Below, in pieces: positions 42,276 through 53,297 of a stretch of 64,000 nucleotides of DNA. The notes beneath the pieces are model-generated. The model ran no database searches. It was not told where the DNA came from and saw only the letters and a list, made by a program, of their open reading frames with translations. Origin of the DNA: Chlamydiales bacterium. GTDB lineage: Bacteria > Chlamydiota > Chlamydiia > Chlamydiales > JAAZZY01. The position numbers and the translations under genes are program-made. The stretch's first letter is position 1, and the number at the start of each line of letters is the position of its first letter. The stretch is from positions 320,001-384,000 of the forward strand of contig CBDBKM010000010.1 of assembly GCA_965206695.1 (NCBI GenBank). Direction: 5' to 3'.

Positions 42276-43160
42276 CTATTCGACATACTTTTTGAAGAAA
42301 ATCTTTTTATTTAAAAAATCTAGACAGACCATATAATGTTGTAGGAAATCAAAACCTAAAAAACCTTGTAGTTCTACTTCAGAAAGATCGTAATAAAGAA
42401 AGTCATGACTGCCTAATGATTCCCCATTTTTTAGTTTTAATTCTGCGGTTCCTCCATCCTCACAAAATGTCAAGGGTAATTTTGGTATACCTTTTTTATC
42501 TAATATTGACACATTAGATCCGGTATCTAATACAAGCCGTTTTAAACCAAGATGTTCAATAATAACAGAAAGAACAATACCTATACCTTTTTCTAGATTG
42601 AAATCACTTTCAATCCAAATACCCTTATCAAACTTTTCCGGATTTATGTTCTTATTGGGATAAGATGTCTCAACAATGCATTTTTCCTTTTTACGATCTA
42701 TAAAAAGAATTTTATTCAAAAATGGTTCCCTTCCTATTCTACCATAGGTCAATTCTCTTGGAATACTTTTTTCTGTTTCAGAATCACAACCTGCGGATTC
42801 AAAAAATGTGATATTTTTAAAAATAATATTATTTATTAATACTTCCGGGACCTTAAAAATTTTTTTGCTCTTTTTATCACCATATATTCCTCTAGAATTG
42901 TGTGCTCCTTCAGTTTCTTTCAGTTTGGCATTAGAAATACTTTTCGAGTCTAGACTTGAAAAAAAAGATCCCAGATCTAAGACAAGGCTAACTTCATGCC
43001 CATTAACCTTTGTTTTAACTAGCGGAGAGCCATAAAGTGTTTCAAATTGAAAACTGCTTTGTTCAGTAGGTTTTAATTGAGTTTTCCAAATGAAAAAAAT
43101 CACACCGGAAACGACAAAAAAAACAAAAAGTAACTTAGTAATACGCAGTTTTTTTAGCAT
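42276..43160 (-). CDS. Membrane-anchored tandem retropepsin-like (clan AA) aspartic protease
   Basis: N-terminal TM segment; two lobes LVLDLGS...GRIG and LVLDTGS...GFLG. Start overlaps the rSAM stop. Confidence 0.8.
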   Translation of the reverse strand: MLKKLRITKLLFVFFVVSGVIFFIWKTQLKPTEQSSFQFETLYGSPLVKTKVNGHEVSLVLDLGSFFSSLDSKSISNAKLKETEGAHNSRGIYGDKKSKKIFKVPEVLINNIIFKNITFFESAGCDSETEKSIPRELTYGRIGREPFLNKILFIDRKKEKCIVETSYPNKNINPEKFDKGIWIESDFNLEKGIGIVLSVIIEHLGLKRLVLDTGSNVSILDKKGIPKLPLTFCEDGGTAELKLKNGESLGSHDFLYYDLSEVELQGFLGFDFLQHYMVCLDFLNKKIFFKKYVE

Positions 43161-45425
43161 GTTACTAATTCTTGGTGAAACAATGTTTTTTCGATTTTTG
43201 CAATAGCTATACCATTTTTGAGCAAATAATTTACCACATGTTTATAAAACATTTTTAGTCCTGAGCAATAAACAGAAGGGTTATTGAAGTCTTGTTTATA
43301 ACGTGTAAGTAGTCTGTTACCGTTACATATTTTTTTCCAACAACATGTATTACATTTATCCGGGAGGGTTTGTGAAGCAATAATGATTTCTTGCATTAAT
43401 CCGGTATTAAAAAAGTCAATCAAAGAAATATCATCAATATGGTAATTGTTCATTAGACCGGATATCCCGGACCTTAAGGTATCGTCCGGGGAAATCGAAC
43501 CATCTGAAGCTATAGTAATAGCTTGATTTTCATTAGGATTCGTTGGACCAAAACCCATCAGCTTAGTTCGATTACCAAGGAACAGGCTGATGGCAGAATT
43601 TAATATTCTAACCCTTATAGATGGATCGTCATCCTGCGCCCACGCATCCATTAGGTTACACAAGAAACGACCGTAGTCATCAGGGTTTTCACCTGAGAAA
43701 TTATTGTATGTATAGTCAGGTAGCAAAAAATCCATGTTTCTTACATTTAATTCATTTACAAAATGATTATATAGTTTAAAAGCATTGTATTTAGGATTAA
43801 CTACGGAAAGAACTCCAGGGACTAAACCTTTTCTTCCTGCCTTCTCTTTTCTAAGTTGTTCCAAACCTAAAATAACTTTATCATAAGAGCCTTTTCCTTT
43901 GAAATCCACTCTAAACCTATCATTAATTTCTCTCGGCCCATCAAGACTTATCCCGACATAGATGTCGTGTTTGTGAAAAAGATCTACCCACTCATCATCA
44001 ATGAGTGTTGCATTTGTTTGGATAGCTATACGAAAATCTGTAATATGAGCGAAAGACTCTTTAAAATACTGACACATAAAATCAAAATCTTTCTTCTTTT
44101 GGAGGAGAGGTTCACCTCCATGAAGATCTATACTCATCACGAATAAACCTCCGGATATTTTGTATTCGTATAGTGTAAATTATTTTGTATGAATTCATTT
44201 TTAACACTATCAGAAGAAAAGCATCTCAGACAGCAACATAAACGAGAAAAGAATGGTCGTATACGAGATCGTATCAAGGCTGTTCTATTGTCGAATAAAG
44301 GTTGGAGTAATACTCGTATTGCTGAAGCTGTGCTTTTAGACGATGAAACAGTGTCTCGTCACATTAAAGAATATCAAAATAAACAGCAATTGCATGTAGA
44401 AAGCGGTGGTTCAGTCAGTAAACTTCTTGCGCCACAGTCAGAAGAATTCATTAAACATTTAACAACTCATACCTATGTCAAAGTAGAAGATATCTGTTCT
44501 TATGTTCTCGCGAAATATGGCATTGTTTATACGATTTCAGGGATGACTTCTTGGCTACACTCACATGGTTTTTCCTATAAAAAGCCTAAAGGTACACCGG
44601 CTAAGGCAAATTCTGATCAACAAAAAGCTTGGATGCAATTTTACACCAAGCTTATGGCATCTCTGCCTAAAAATGAACCTGTTGAATTTGCTGATGGTGT
44701 GCATCCAACTATGGCAACTAAAATTTCTTATGGTTGGATTCGACCGGGAACAAGTAAATTAATCGCAACAACAGCTTCTAGAACTCGAATGAATCTTATG
44801 GGGTCTATCAATTTAAACAGTATGAAGGTAACAATAGATGCTTATGAAACATTAAATAGCGGTACCATGGCAAAACATTTTGCTTTATTACGGTCAAAAT
44901 ATCCCTCAGCTCCAAATATCCATCTTATTTTAGATCAAGGTCCTTATAATACAAGTATTCAGACCAAACAAGAAGCAGAAAAACAAGGTATTATTCTCTA
45001 TTATTTACCTTCTTACAGTCCTAACCTCAATCCTATTGAACGATTATGGAAAGTGATGAATGAATATTGTCGCAATAATCGGTTTTTTAATTCTGCTAAA
45101 GAATTTCGGAGATCGATTACCGGATTTTTTGAAAATACTTGGCCCTCTATTGCTCAATCAATGAGGAAACGAATCAATGATCATTTTCAAGTCTTAGAAT
45201 CGGCACTTTGATTCATAAGGGGTATATCTGAAGATTTTTAATCCCCAAAGAAGACACGCCGTTAATCAAGAATAGTGTTAGACGTTTAATTGTATCTCTT
45301 TTTATAATAGAAGGATGCTTTTGGTAGCTTTTATCCTCACCTTGAAAAAAATAACAATACGAACAGTTTAGATTACACCTTTCAGCTGTTTTTAAGATAA
45401 CTTCTAAATTATTGATTTTTTTCAT
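43154..45425 (-). pseudogene. Radical SAM/SPASM peptide maturase (XyeB/triceptide cyclophane synthase-like), 391 aa when rejoined; interrupted by IS630
   Basis: ERCNLNCSYCY, QI|DLHGGEP, QTNA, ISLDGP, DFLLPD and DDTLRS motifs; SPASM cysteines C..CCW..IC and YC. Confidence 0.9.
44131..45224 (+). mobile_element. IS630-family element (340-aa transposase, 44189-45211) inserted in the rSAM gene
   Basis: TA at 44129-44130 and 45225-45226; near-identical to 7413-8506. Confidence 0.93.
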
Positions 45426-45469
45426 AAAGCGTTAATAACCTTGTTAACTGTCGTTAAAAATAATTTTGA

Positions 45470-45655
45470 TTAAAACACTTTATCCCATATATTATTAGAC
45501 CAAGCATTATTAGACCAAGTAGGATCATCTTCATCCTCCTCGTTTAAAACCATTTGTACTAATTTCGAAATCTTTATATCAGACGTACTATTATTTTTAA
45601 CGTCTTCTTTGAAAAGATTTCTGAATTCAACATTATTCGAATCATGTATTTTCAT
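45470..45655 (-). CDS. RiPP precursor peptide (61 aa), core WSNNAWSNNIWDKVF
   Basis: AGGAG RBS; acidic leader end EEDEDDPT; three Trp motifs; stop lies 44 bp upstream of the rSAM start. Confidence 0.85.
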   Translation of the reverse strand: MKIHDSNNVEFRNLFKEDVKNNSTSDIKISKLVQMVLNEEDEDDPTWSNNAWSNNIWDKVF

Positions 45656-45686
45656 AAAAATTTTCTCCTATGTCTAAAAACGAACC

Positions 45687-45716
45687 AGCATATATTGAGA
45701 GCGCGTAAATAGTCAA
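45687..45716 (-). promoter_or_regulatory. Putative sigma70-type promoter of the RiPP operon
   Basis: TTGACT-N18-TATGCT upstream of the precursor RBS. Confidence 0.45.
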
Positions 45717-45896
45717 ATAATATTTTAATTTTTTATGATCTTGCGACACTTTAATGCACACTTAGAATGCCTTTTCAACTATGAAGTGCAACAAATAGGC
45801 CCCTCATTATACCTCAAATTTCTTTGATTGAAAACCTCTATAGGTGTTTTAAAATTCAAACTTTTTCTTGGTCTATTATTTAATGCATTTTCTATT

Positions 45897-46792
45897 AGAC
45901 TTCTTTCGAAATGCATCATATGAGTTCTAAATTATAAATTCCCGCAATAAGATTGAACCGCAATGCAAACCTTTTTCGTCTATTTCGATAACGATCGGAA
46001 ATGATTTTAAAGCGTTTGATCACTCCTGTCACATTTTCATTCAAAACACGTTCCCTTGATAAATGTCTATTATTTTTCTTATCTTCTTTAGTTAGAGGCT
46101 TCTTCTTACTTTTCTTTTTTGGCATATTGGTATTAGCATGAAGCTTTTTTAATCCTTGATATCCCGTATCCGTTAATACGCTTATTCCCGGATGAATTTT
46201 TATTTTTGATTCCTTAAACAGTCTAAAGTCATGTCTCCTACCATTAGAAAATGCAGTACAAATAATCTGTCGTGTTTTTTTATCTACTATAACCTGAGTC
46301 TTTAAGGTATGCTTTTTCTTTTTCCCCGAGTAGAATTTTTTTTGGGCCTTTCAACGGCTGTTTCCGTGGCATCTATTAAAATAAGCTCATATACCGAATC
46401 GTTTTTTAAAAGTGCTTTACGACCGGGTAAAGCAAAATTAGGGTGCTTAATTAAGTGTACCTTCAACCCACTTTATACTTTTATAAGCACTGCTTTCACT
46501 TATACCGGAACTTTGACTGATATGAAAATAGGTCCTATATTCTCTCATATACTCTAAAGTCATTAATAATGTATCTTCTAAACTTAGTTTCTTTTTTCTT
46601 CCGGTAAGAGTTCTTCCGGTTTTAATTGATGTGTTTAATATGAATATCATTCTATCGAATGTTGATTTTTTTATACCCGTTAAACGACGAAACTTTTCAT
46701 CTTTCAAAGCTCGAATTTTTTCAAATTTCATGATACAAACCTACTTTTAAAATAGGATACTATAATCAAAAATTTAATTTCGAAAGAAGTCT
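45897..46792 (-). mobile_element. IS5-family (ISL2-like) element with a frameshifted transposase
   Basis: TIR AGACTTCTTTCGAAAT, ATT duplication, and FRRLTG, LEYMREYRTY and YRNRRKRF motifs. Confidence 0.85.
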
Positions 46793-46796
46793 ATTA

Positions 46797-47058
46797 TACT
46801 CATGGTAAACGTTTACTGACCGATAAGGGTTTCTCATCATCAGATAACCGCTCTCATTTAAGAAAGCACAGTATTCGAGACAATCTTTCTCATCAAGCGG
46901 TTAGGGGTCATCCTTTAAAATGCAGTTAACATTTATTTAATAAAATGATTGCGAGAAGACAATTTCGTATAGAGCAAGCTTTCGGTACTTTTAAAAAGAA
47001 AATTTTATATGGGTAGAGCTTCTTATTTTTCTCGATTAAAAATCGAAAGACAACTTTA
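46797..47058 (+). mobile_element. IS5 transposase fragment
   Basis: Near-identical reverse complement of about 30625-30886. Confidence 0.65.
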
Positions 47059-47060
47059 TA

Positions 47061-47985
47061 TAGTGAATAAACTTTAATTTTTCTTTTATATATGTTATTT
47101 TTTTGACATGGCATATTCAAGTGATTTAAGACAAAAGGCTTTAGCCTATATAGAAGGAGGAGGCTCTCAGGTAGAGGCCGGGCGTATTTTTGGTGTAACA
47201 ACACGTACTTTATTGAATTGGATAAATAGAAAAAAAGCAGGTCGTTTAGCTGCCGCGACAACAAGAAAACGCAAACCTTATAAAATTGACGGAGATAAAC
47301 TGAATCATTATATTGAAAAGCATCCTGACAGCTATTTGAGAGAAATAGCTGCTGTTTTCAGTGTATCCGTTAACGCCATATGCAAAGCATGTAAGCGCTT
47401 AAAGATCACTTTAAAAAAAAGACGCCCTTCTACAGGGAACGGGATGAGAAAAAAAGAGAGGTGTTTCAAAAAGAGTTAAAGCACATCCCTCCTGAAAATA
47501 GAGTCTATATTGATGAAAGCGGTATCAATGAATATCTCGATCGTCAACATGGCAGAGCTTTGAAGGGAAAATTGATTTATGGAGCCGTATCAGGTCATCG
47601 TTATCAGAGGGAAAGCTTTATAGCAGCAAAAAATGAATCACGTATTTTTGCTCCCTTTTGTTATACCGGTACTTGCAATACGCTATTATTCAATACATGG
47701 CTTGAGCAGGTACTTATTCCTGAATTGAAGCCCGGGCAGGTTGTTATTATGGATAATGTAAGTTTTCACAAGTCTAAGGAAACCATAGACATTATCCAAA
47801 GCAAAGGGTGCCGTATTTTATTTCTGCCTCCTTATTCTCCTGATCTAAATCCAATTGAGCAATTTTGGGCAAATTTTAAAAGAAAAATAAAAGAAACTCT
47901 TAAGCTCTATTCAGGGTTAGCAGAAGCTATCGATAGTGCTTTTGTTGAGGTGTGTAATATATGAAATATTAAAGTTTATTCACTA
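47061..47985 (+). mobile_element. IS630-family element type B
   Basis: Near-identical to 16958-17882; TA flanks. Confidence 0.92.
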
Positions 47986-48136
47986 TATGAAAGCCTTGTG
48001 CTTGAATTTGAACAAGGCCTTAAGAAGGATTGTGATGAACTAGAAGGAGGGCACACCATTATCTATCAAATATCTATTTTAAACTTCTTTTATATTTTGC
48101 TTATCTCACATCCAATCATTAGTCGTTCAGAAGTCT

Positions 48137-48640
48137 TTTTATGAAAGATTTAGACAATATTCCCTTTGACAAGAGGATTTATCTCGATGAAACCGGGATT
48201 CATCAATTTTTATTTCGTGAGCCCGGAAGACGCTTATGCGGTAAAAAAGTTTTTGGAGTGGTTTCAGGAAACCGTTTTGTAAGGTAAAATATTATTTCAG
48301 CTCTGTTTAAAGGGCAGTTTTTGCCTCCAATGTGTACTTGTAATACCGGGTTATTCAATATTTGGCTTAAGGAGGTTTTGACTCCTCAGCTTACATTCGG
48401 TAGTGTTCTTATTCTTGACAATGCCGGCTTTCACAAGTCAGCGGAAAGCAGGAAAATAGTAGAATCCGCCGGTTGTAAGCTTATGTTTCTTCCGCCCTAT
48501 TCTCCGGACTTAAATCCTATAGAAAAATATTGGGCTAATATGAGAAATAAAGTTAGAGAGATATTACGAAAAGTTACGAATTTTAAATTCGTTATTGATC
48601 AAGCTGTTTTATCAATGTAAAATTAAACGAGAAATGGCTA
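48137..48640 (+). mobile_element. Degenerate IS630 type A, 3' half
   Basis: Diverged copy of orfB with a stop and a small deletion. Confidence 0.8.
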
Positions 48641-48677
48641 TAATGTTTTTGGTAGAGAAGTGGTTTAGCCGGAAAGT

Positions 48678-49946
48678 TTACACCTCTAAATAAATATTTC
48701 GTTTTTTCCATTGTCTCATTTTATAGCTGGCAATAAGACAAAGCCCTACACTAAGGCCTAATACCGCTACAGGTCCAATGAATATCCCTATTAACGCTCC
48801 TATAAGAGGAACGATACATCCTCTAACCCCAATCATTAAAACACTGACACTACTAAAAGCAGAGCTATCTTTATCTTTAGAAAAAATTGGAGCCGATAAA
48901 TTCCAACTTAAACGGCTACCTGCTTGAGCTATCCCATAAATAAAATAAGATAAATAAATCCAAATAATCCCCCCATTTATCGCAAAAATATGCATCAATG
49001 GATGGAGGGCAAAGAAAAAACAAACAAGGCTTATAAAGTGATAGATATGTATCTGATGTAACAGGCGACCCCATAATGAAGAGGATCCTATAAAGCCAAT
49101 TCCTTTACTCACTAAAATAGCAATGGCTATCTCAGTATAAGAGAGATTAAGAGTATCCACGTAAAAAAAAGGGAGAATAGGCGCGAGCAACATAATTCCC
49201 GATCCCCCCATCATAAATCCCATTAAAAAACGAGCAAAGTCCTTGCGTTCACGCATCAAATAAAAAGCATTTTTCCAAGGATCGACAATACGAGATTTTA
49301 AAGATTTTTTTCTCTCTTTTCTAATAATAGGCATTAAACCCATATCAATAGGAATACGCGCTTGCCAAGCGACAGCACAAAGGCCAACACCGGCAGCTAT
49401 CGGAAAGATCCATCGCCAGCTCATCTCGTTATAATCCATCATTGGCCCGAAACCAAGACCTAACAGAATCCCTTCTATATAAGCTAAAGAAAGAGCAAGG
49501 GAATAAATTTTCCCTCTTTGAAGATTTGGTAAATTGAGCTTTAATATCTCTACCCATGCCGGAATTTCCGCTCGCTGAAATAATACATAGATAGCAAAAC
49601 AGGCAATCATGACCCAAGCATTATTAATCCAAGGGAAGAAGAGGAAAGGAGCTCGGGATAAGAAACCGGCTAGAGTAACATTTTGTATCAGCCTATCTTT
49701 TCTGGAATTTAAGGTAGCTCCCCAATAAAAAGCTAAGAGCGCAACAGCCGGCTTTAGCATCGTAAAGACGGTGACTTGAAAAGCAGAAGCATGCAAGCTT
49801 TTATAGAGGATAACACTCGCTAAAGCCCTGAACATCGCTTCTAAAGGCTCACTTAATATTCCATGGCCAATTACTGTAGCACGGGTAATATCATAGTAAA
49901 TATCTCTGGTTCGTATATTCACTTTTCGCAAAACATCCGGTAACAT
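48678..49946 (-). CDS. MFS transporter
   Basis: About 12 hydrophobic segments in two halves. Confidence 0.75.
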   Translation of the reverse strand: MLPDVLRKVNIRTRDIYYDITRATVIGHGILSEPLEAMFRALASVILYKSLHASAFQVTVFTMLKPAVALLAFYWGATLNSRKDRLIQNVTLAGFLSRAPFLFFPWINNAWVMIACFAIYVLFQRAEIPAWVEILKLNLPNLQRGKIYSLALSLAYIEGILLGLGFGPMMDYNEMSWRWIFPIAAGVGLCAVAWQARIPIDMGLMPIIRKERKKSLKSRIVDPWKNAFYLMRERKDFARFLMGFMMGGSGIMLLAPILPFFYVDTLNLSYTEIAIAILVSKGIGFIGSSSLWGRLLHQIHIYHFISLVCFFFALHPLMHIFAINGGIIWIYLSYFIYGIAQAGSRLSWNLSAPIFSKDKDSSAFSSVSVLMIGVRGCIVPLIGALIGIFIGPVAVLGLSVGLCLIASYKMRQWKKRNIYLEV

Positions 49947-50016
49947 AAGAAAAGATCCCTAAAAAATACTTGATTTCTCTATTAGAAGTACACTATGATG
50001 TTAGCCTTTCAATCAT

Positions 50017-50090
50017 GGGGCAATAGCTCAGTTGGTTAGAGCAACGGACTCATAACCCGTCGGTCGCAGGTTCAAGTCCTGTTTGCCCCA
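50017..50090 (+). tRNA. tRNA with CAT anticodon (Ile2 or elongator Met)
   Basis: GGGGCAA/TTGCCCC acceptor stem, CTCATAA loop and GTTCAAGTC. G1 is paired, so it is not the initiator. Confidence 0.9.
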
Positions 50091-50279
50091 TTTTCTTAAC
50101 TCGTTCAGAGTCAGTCGTTTCGTTTTGACATAATTCTCTTCGCATAACAACAAAGAGCATTATGTCAGAACTTTTGTCAGGATTCCACCTCTTTCGCGCT
50201 GTTCTGAGTTTCGAGCAAGATAATCCATCACGGTTTAAGCTGCTCCTGCCTAAAAACAGGAGGGTGGAAGAGACGGATA

Positions 50280-51204
50280 TAGTAATTTAACTTTACTTTT
50301 TCTCTAAAAATTTCTATTATATTTTCATGACTTATTCAAATGATTTAAGAAAAAAAGCATTAGACTATGTTGAAGAAACCGGCTCTAAGATAGAAGCAAG
50401 CCATATTTTTGGTATCACTGTCCGTACACTATTTAATTGGATTAAAAGAAAAAAACAAGGATGTTTAGCACCTAATCGAAGCAGGAATAAGCGTCCTCAT
50501 AAAATTAAAGAAGAACAACTAAAAGCTTATATTCAACAATATCCTGATGCTTATTTAAGAGAAATTGCAGAGTTATTTAAAACAAGTATAACAGCTGTTT
50601 TTTATGCCTGTAAACGATACAGGATTACTTTAAAAAAAAGACACCCTTCTATAAGGAAAGAAATGAGGAGAAACGACAAATATTTATAAATAAGCTGCAG
50701 GAGATTCCTAAAAAGGATCGTGTCTACATAGATGAAAGCGGAATAAATGAATATCTTTACCGTGATAAGGCAAGGGCTGTAAAGGGAGAACAAATATATG
50801 GAGCCGTATCCGGCAGTCGATATCACAGGGAAAATTTTATAGCGGCACAAAATAGATCAAATATTTTAGCTCCATTTTGTTATACGGGAACTTGCAATTC
50901 TGACTTATTTAATATGTGGTTGGAAAAAATATTACTACCGTTACTAAAACCCGGACAAGTTATTATTCTAGACAACGCTAGTTTTCATAAATCAAAGAAA
51001 AGTTGTGAAATTATTCAGAAATACGGATGTAAGATGCTGTTTTTACCTCCGTATTCACCTGACTTAAATCCTATCGAAAATTTTTGGGCCAATTTTAAAA
51101 AAAGAGTAAAAGAAAGCATCAGCAAATTTGCCAACCCGGCAGAAGCAATTAATCAATCTTTTATAGAGGTCTCTATATAATGAAAATTTAAAATTAAATT
51201 ACTA
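50280..51204 (+). mobile_element. IS630-family element type C (orfA 50327-50689, -1 frameshift into orfB ending at 51180)
   Basis: TIR TAGTAATTTAA, TA flanks, slippery TTTAAAAAAAG and DDE motifs. Confidence 0.9.
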
Positions 51205-51522
51205 TATGAAGCAAATATGAATTCCTTTTTTATCAAAAATGTGTTACGATGTTTCCTTTTTAACCTCGATAGGATAATAAAATATGTTCAGACCCACCAT
51301 GATCTCATGCCTAAGATTTGCAAGGCCTTCCCACCCTCAATTTCCACCTTTTAGAAGCACGCACATGCCTTTTCCGGGCAGTCCAATACCCCCCGTTGCG
51401 CAACCTCCCTTTAAGTTGCACACAATTTTAGCTTTTAATCAAACTGCATCCCCTAATCCCGGAGGTGATTACAGTGAAAAAAGCAGGAAAAATCGGATTA
51501 CTTCTATATCCTCGGTGGAGCT

Positions 51523-52425
51523 ATGTTGACTTCCTTTGCACATGCTAATGGAGGGAACACCTCTTCCCACACTCCCACTCCTAACAGTTCTACGGCTGCC
51601 ACTGTTGATATTATCGAAACGTACTTTAATAATTTTGAATCCTTAACCAAATCGGAAAACCGGAAAGAAATTATTTCTCAAGGCACAGCCGCTTTGGAAG
51701 CTACTAAAAAAGCCTGCAGACCACATGATGAAGCAAAAATTTGCGCGCAACTTACTTCAACAGCTTTTTATATGGCTGACTACACACAAGCTCTTGTGTA
51801 TGCTAATCGCTGCCACGAGTTGTCCGAAGAGTTTCTAGACCCCTCTCTCCTCATCCGGGCTCTTTACTTGGAATCTGCAGTTCACCGTACTCTTGCTTCT
51901 AAAAACAGCGAAGAGCATATCCAACAGGCATCCTATCTTCGTGCCGTCGAAATTGCCGAGGAAGCGGCTCTCATTTATTCTAATAGAAACGTTGCTAACA
52001 TGCACTTAAAAGGAAAAGTATACTTTAATTTGGGAGTCGCACACGCAGATAACCCAAAAGATACTCTAGAAAAGGCTGCTGATTGTTACTTTACAGCTCT
52101 TGAATGCTTTAAAAGCGTGAAAGCAACCAAAGACATCTGTCGCACGAGCATCCGACTAGGCAAAGTCTACCTGCTCCAAAAAAAATATGACCTTACACAA
52201 AGAATCATCGATGAGGTTCGTCTTCAAATAAAAAGTGAGCGGATTGCGGTACATGCCGATTACTTGGAAACGCAGCTTAAATTAGCAATAAATGACCCGG
52301 AGAATGCAAGAAAAATCACTCAAAATGGATTGGTTCATGCAAAATCCATCGGAGCAAAAGAAGATGAATCGCGTCCGGTATCTCTATTGGAAGCAATCGA
52401 AAACTTTTTAGTTAACAGGAGTTAG
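51523..52425 (+). CDS. TPR-like alpha-helical repeat protein
   Basis: Repeats such as VYFNLGVAH..A.DCY..AL and RLGKVYLLQKKYD. Confidence 0.65.
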   Translation: MLTSFAHANGGNTSSHTPTPNSSTAATVDIIETYFNNFESLTKSENRKEIISQGTAALEATKKACRPHDEAKICAQLTSTAFYMADYTQALVYANRCHELSEEFLDPSLLIRALYLESAVHRTLASKNSEEHIQQASYLRAVEIAEEAALIYSNRNVANMHLKGKVYFNLGVAHADNPKDTLEKAADCYFTALECFKSVKATKDICRTSIRLGKVYLLQKKYDLTQRIIDEVRLQIKSERIAVHADYLETQLKLAINDPENARKITQNGLVHAKSIGAKEDESRPVSLLEAIENFLVNRS

Positions 52426-52427
52426 CA

Positions 52428-53297
52428 GTGATGTTCAAGCATATGCCGGAAAAATTATCTCTTATCCTCTTGCTAATATGCTGTATTCCGTCAGACGTAA
52501 ACGGGCTTTCCTACGACTACATCTCTGACGGGTATTTTACCTCGATTCACATTCTGACAGTTGACCCTAAAGAACATGTCATTATGCCTGCCAAAGCTTC
52601 CGGTGATGATGTGGCTAGAGAAACAGTGACTGCCCTTGCTAATAGTTATGGAGCGGTCGCGGCTGTTAATGGAGGATTCTGGAAACTAAGCGGAGAACCC
52701 GCAGGGATTTTAAAAATTAACCACCATTGGTATGGAACCCCCACTAAACCAAGGGGCGCAATAGGATGGTCGTCAAATCGACAACAGGTGTTAATTGACA
52801 AGCTTTTAACAAACCATCGCCTCCATGATACCGAAGATGATAGTGAAATAGAAGTAATCCCGGTATCCACTCCTCCCTATACAACCTCGGAGGAATGGGA
52901 AGAGCTTGAGCATATTGTTGGAGGAACTCCCGTCTTGGTGAACAACGGAAATATAGTAGAAGATTTTACCTCGGAACAAACTTTTGAATCCTTTCTCGTT
53001 AACAGGCATCCGAGAACTGCAGTAGGCATAAAGAAAAATGGCGAATGGGTTTTTGTTGTAGTGGATGGCCATTTTGACAAACTCTTTGATGGAATGACAG
53101 TAAAAGAATTAGCTGAATTGATGCTTGAACTTGGTTGTGTTGAAGCATTAAATCTAGACGGAGGAGGTTCATCGACAATGGTTTTAGAAGGAACCGTTAT
53201 CAATGAACCCGGTGGCAAGATTCAGGAAGACGATAAATACGTTGAAGCTGTATCCGATGCAATTTTAATTTTCTCCGCTGACCCCCTCATTCACTAA
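52428..53297 (+). CDS. Phosphodiester glycosidase (NAGPA) family protein, secreted
   Basis: Signal peptide; AAVNGGF, HPRTAVG, VVDG and ALNLDGGGSS motifs. Confidence 0.85.
   Translation: MMFKHMPEKLSLILLLICCIPSDVNGLSYDYISDGYFTSIHILTVDPKEHVIMPAKASGDDVARETVTALANSYGAVAAVNGGFWKLSGEPAGILKINHHWYGTPTKPRGAIGWSSNRQQVLIDKLLTNHRLHDTEDDSEIEVIPVSTPPYTTSEEWEELEHIVGGTPVLVNNGNIVEDFTSEQTFESFLVNRHPRTAVGIKKNGEWVFVVVDGHFDKLFDGMTVKELAELMLELGCVEALNLDGGGSSTMVLEGTVINEPGGKIQEDDKYVEAVSDAILIFSADPLIH

Noticed and set aside
42276..45655. Calling the cluster a darobactin (dar) or canonical xye cluster
   Set aside because: No W-x-W motif, no DarBCD or XyeCDE exporter and no Gly-Gly leader; only resemblance is claimed.
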